Below, piece after piece: positions 32,597 through 34,880 of a stretch of DNA of 34,880 bases (position 1 is its first letter; every line of letters starts with the position of its first letter). The stretch comes from Nemertoderma westbladi. Its lineage: Eukaryota; Animalia; Xenacoelomorpha. A program made the position numbers and the translations under genes. The stretch lies in assembly GCA_032718475.1 (NCBI GenBank), contig JAUCBJ010007023.1, positions 1-34,880 on the forward strand, written 5' to 3'. A model generated the notes under the pieces. That model had not been told where the DNA came from and did not search any database. It saw only the letters and a list, made by a program, of their open reading frames with translations.

Positions 32597-34640
32597 TGTG
32601 GCCTTGCGTGTAACTGTAAACTGTATATAAATTTTATACAAAACGTTTCTACAGTAACAGATATTCGTTTTAAAATCGAACAAAATGTGCCACTTCGGTT
32701 CGGTGGCATTGTGGTAACAAAGACGTAATGGAGACATTCAAATAGAAAACGAACGCGTAGAAATAAATCGAAAACTATTTTGGAAACAAAATGCTATAAG
32801 GCGAAAAGCTGACCAAAAGGGTCGGAGTAAAACGCGGATCCGGATTCTACATTCAACATTGTCCCTAAAGTTGATTTTTTTTACATTTTTATAACTCCCA
32901 AAAATAAAACTATAACCTGTTCTATTGACTTTAGTTTATTGTTTTGGTTAAAATAACGTGCCACTGTAACAGCTTGTTAACACTTGGTTAGGAGAAATAT
33001 TTATTAATTATAACCCAGTTCCCATAACTTCTGTCCACTCTAATTTATCTGAATTTGATGCCCGACTTATTGAGACAGTCTAGAATAGAAAGTGACTTAT
33101 TCCGTTTTGACTTAAACTCCCTTCCCAGCCTTGGAGATTGCTAGGAAAGCGAATCTGGGGATTGATTGAATGATCTTCTACCATCCTCTACGATCGAGTT
33201 AAATCTTTCAGATAACGAGTTTCGGTTAGAATGGGGTCTCCTTGTTGGCGAAGCACCTAAACCCAACCTAACAAATGACTGAGGTTAACCAAGATAACTG
33301 AACTGTATCCAACATACACTTCTATATGAAACATTAAATTCATTCTTTCTCAATTTTCGTGTATCCCTCCTTCATTTCCACCACTTAGTACTGTACCATT
33401 TTTTGTGTATACTGTGTATGGTGTATTGTATGTGTATCCGTCAATAAATAATAATAATAATACCAAATAAATACCTTTTTAGACGTTCTGTGTTAGTGTT
33501 CTAGACGTTTTTTTTTTACAAATTTAATAATATGATCAATTACCTATTTCATGTGACAACAGGTACAAGACAAATATGAAAATATGAATTTATTTTGATA
33601 TATTTAAAGTGTATAAGAAAACATAGTGGCCATTTAGCCATGGAGGTAAAAATATATTCAGGGAGTAGTTAAAAAAACATTCCGAGTCTCACCCCACTTA
33701 GCGGAAACCTCTAAATATCGTGATTAGAGTTATACAGATTAGTATGGAGCCTGTAGATTTACGCCCGTATTCTCATTCATGTCATTTACATTTCCGCCAA
33801 ATTTATGTGTGCGTACTGGTAATGTAAATCTCAATTGGCGATTAATGCATAAATTGTTACTAAGTCCTGTATATAAATGAGTTGAACAGAAGGGTGACTG
33901 GCACGTCTGTTACACAATGGTGTTGGATACAATACCACTAACTATGTGTCACAGTAACGCATATAGTTAAATCGGTGGCTTAATAAAATCTCTTTCATAG
34001 AATAATTCCGCGCCAAGGACACACGGATAGTTCACCTTGTCGAGCAGTTTTCCGGACACACAGATAATTCACCTTGTCGAGCTGTTTGCCGGACACACAG
34101 ATAGTTCACATTATCGAGCTGTTTGCCCCACCCATGTAAAATATAGTAATCATCAATGTTTTGGTGAACATAATCTTAGGGCGTTGTGACAGATAAGTGG
34201 CAGTAAGTGGAGTAACACCGAGTAAAGTATTGTATAATCCACTAGATTGAATTCGAAATGAGATCGTACGAAATGACATCATTACCAACTGAGAGACTTA
34301 AATTAATCGCGAAATAATAATTACAAATTTGACGATTATTTATATGTTTTGTGTATCTAATTTATTATAGCGAATTGGTTTCCTTTTATCGGCATCGATA
34401 TTTTTGATGGGTTGATGTAACTGGAACTCAAATCTTTCTATATCTTAGGGTTGCAATTATTGCTTTTCGCCTTTTAGCATTTTGTTTCTTAAATCGTTTT
34501 CGATTTATGTTTACGCGTTTGTCTTCGTTTTGAATATCTCAACTACGTTTGTTGCCACCTAAATGGTACATTCGTTCAATGAATATCTATTATAAATGTA
34601 TTGTGTAATTAATGGGACTACAGTTAGGCGCAAGGCCACA
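32597..34640. mobile_element. Non-coding foldback/TIR element, or two inverted MITE ends, with ~180-210-bp diverged inverted arms (32597-32809 and 34462-34640)
   Basis: tgtggccttgcgtgtaactgta pairs with tacagttaggcgcaaggccaca; aaacaaaatgctataaggcgaaaagc pairs with gcttttcgccttttagcattttgttt. No TSD recognised. Confidence 0.65.
34017..34127. repeat. 37-bp tandem repeat, 3 copies
   Basis: Three consecutive variants of ggacacacagatagttcaccttgtcgagctgtttgcc. Confidence 0.9.
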
Positions 34641-34880
34641 CACAGCACAGTATCCGTAAGGTACGTGATTGACGATGTGATGCCCAATTATTTGCCTAAC
34701 CTGTAACTGAATCACATCAATTCATGTGCAGTATACTCATCCTCCCACAGAAACACCGCCCTCCTCACTTATATCTCAATCCTCCCTGGGGCTACACTCC
34801 CGACTGTTTAACCAACCCTGATCTTCGACCATCACCTCACCCGTCAGTCTGGTGTTCAAGGTGGCAGATTGCAGCACTCC

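Noticed and set aside
31255-32737. ORFs of the MPYTLPERY type, or a CRISPR array
   Set aside because: Artefacts of a 43-bp repeat that is not a multiple of 3 and cycles through frames; no spacers.

Overview
Eukaryotic, probably invertebrate animal, repeat-rich genomic window with one recognisable host gene: an intronless crooked-neck/CRNKL1 (Clf1/Syf3) splicing factor at 23947-25956. Upstream of it are several retroelements. A minus-strand BEL/Pao gag is cut by the window edge and its leader is bracketed by a 49-bp inverted repeat. A nearly intact plus-strand BEL/Pao gag-pol (4161-10322) has one in-frame TGA. There is also a Mutator-type MITE with a 9-bp TSD. A decayed RTE-like LINE is split by a young 6.7-kb LTR element (558-bp LTRs with one mismatch seen, AAAGT TSD). 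That element is the most unusual feature: it has a frameshifted BEL-type gag remnant, no pol and no tRNA-type PBS. Instead, a hairpin loop in its LTR displays the complement of the PBS position, and pol is replaced by a ~1.5-kb array of covarying GGYAC/GTRCC hairpins in nearly C-free UAG-rich linkers. Downstream of the gene are two unrelated 43-bp minisatellite arrays and TIR/MITE-like fragments. All calls were made by eye from the sequence and the ORF track; no database searches were run.
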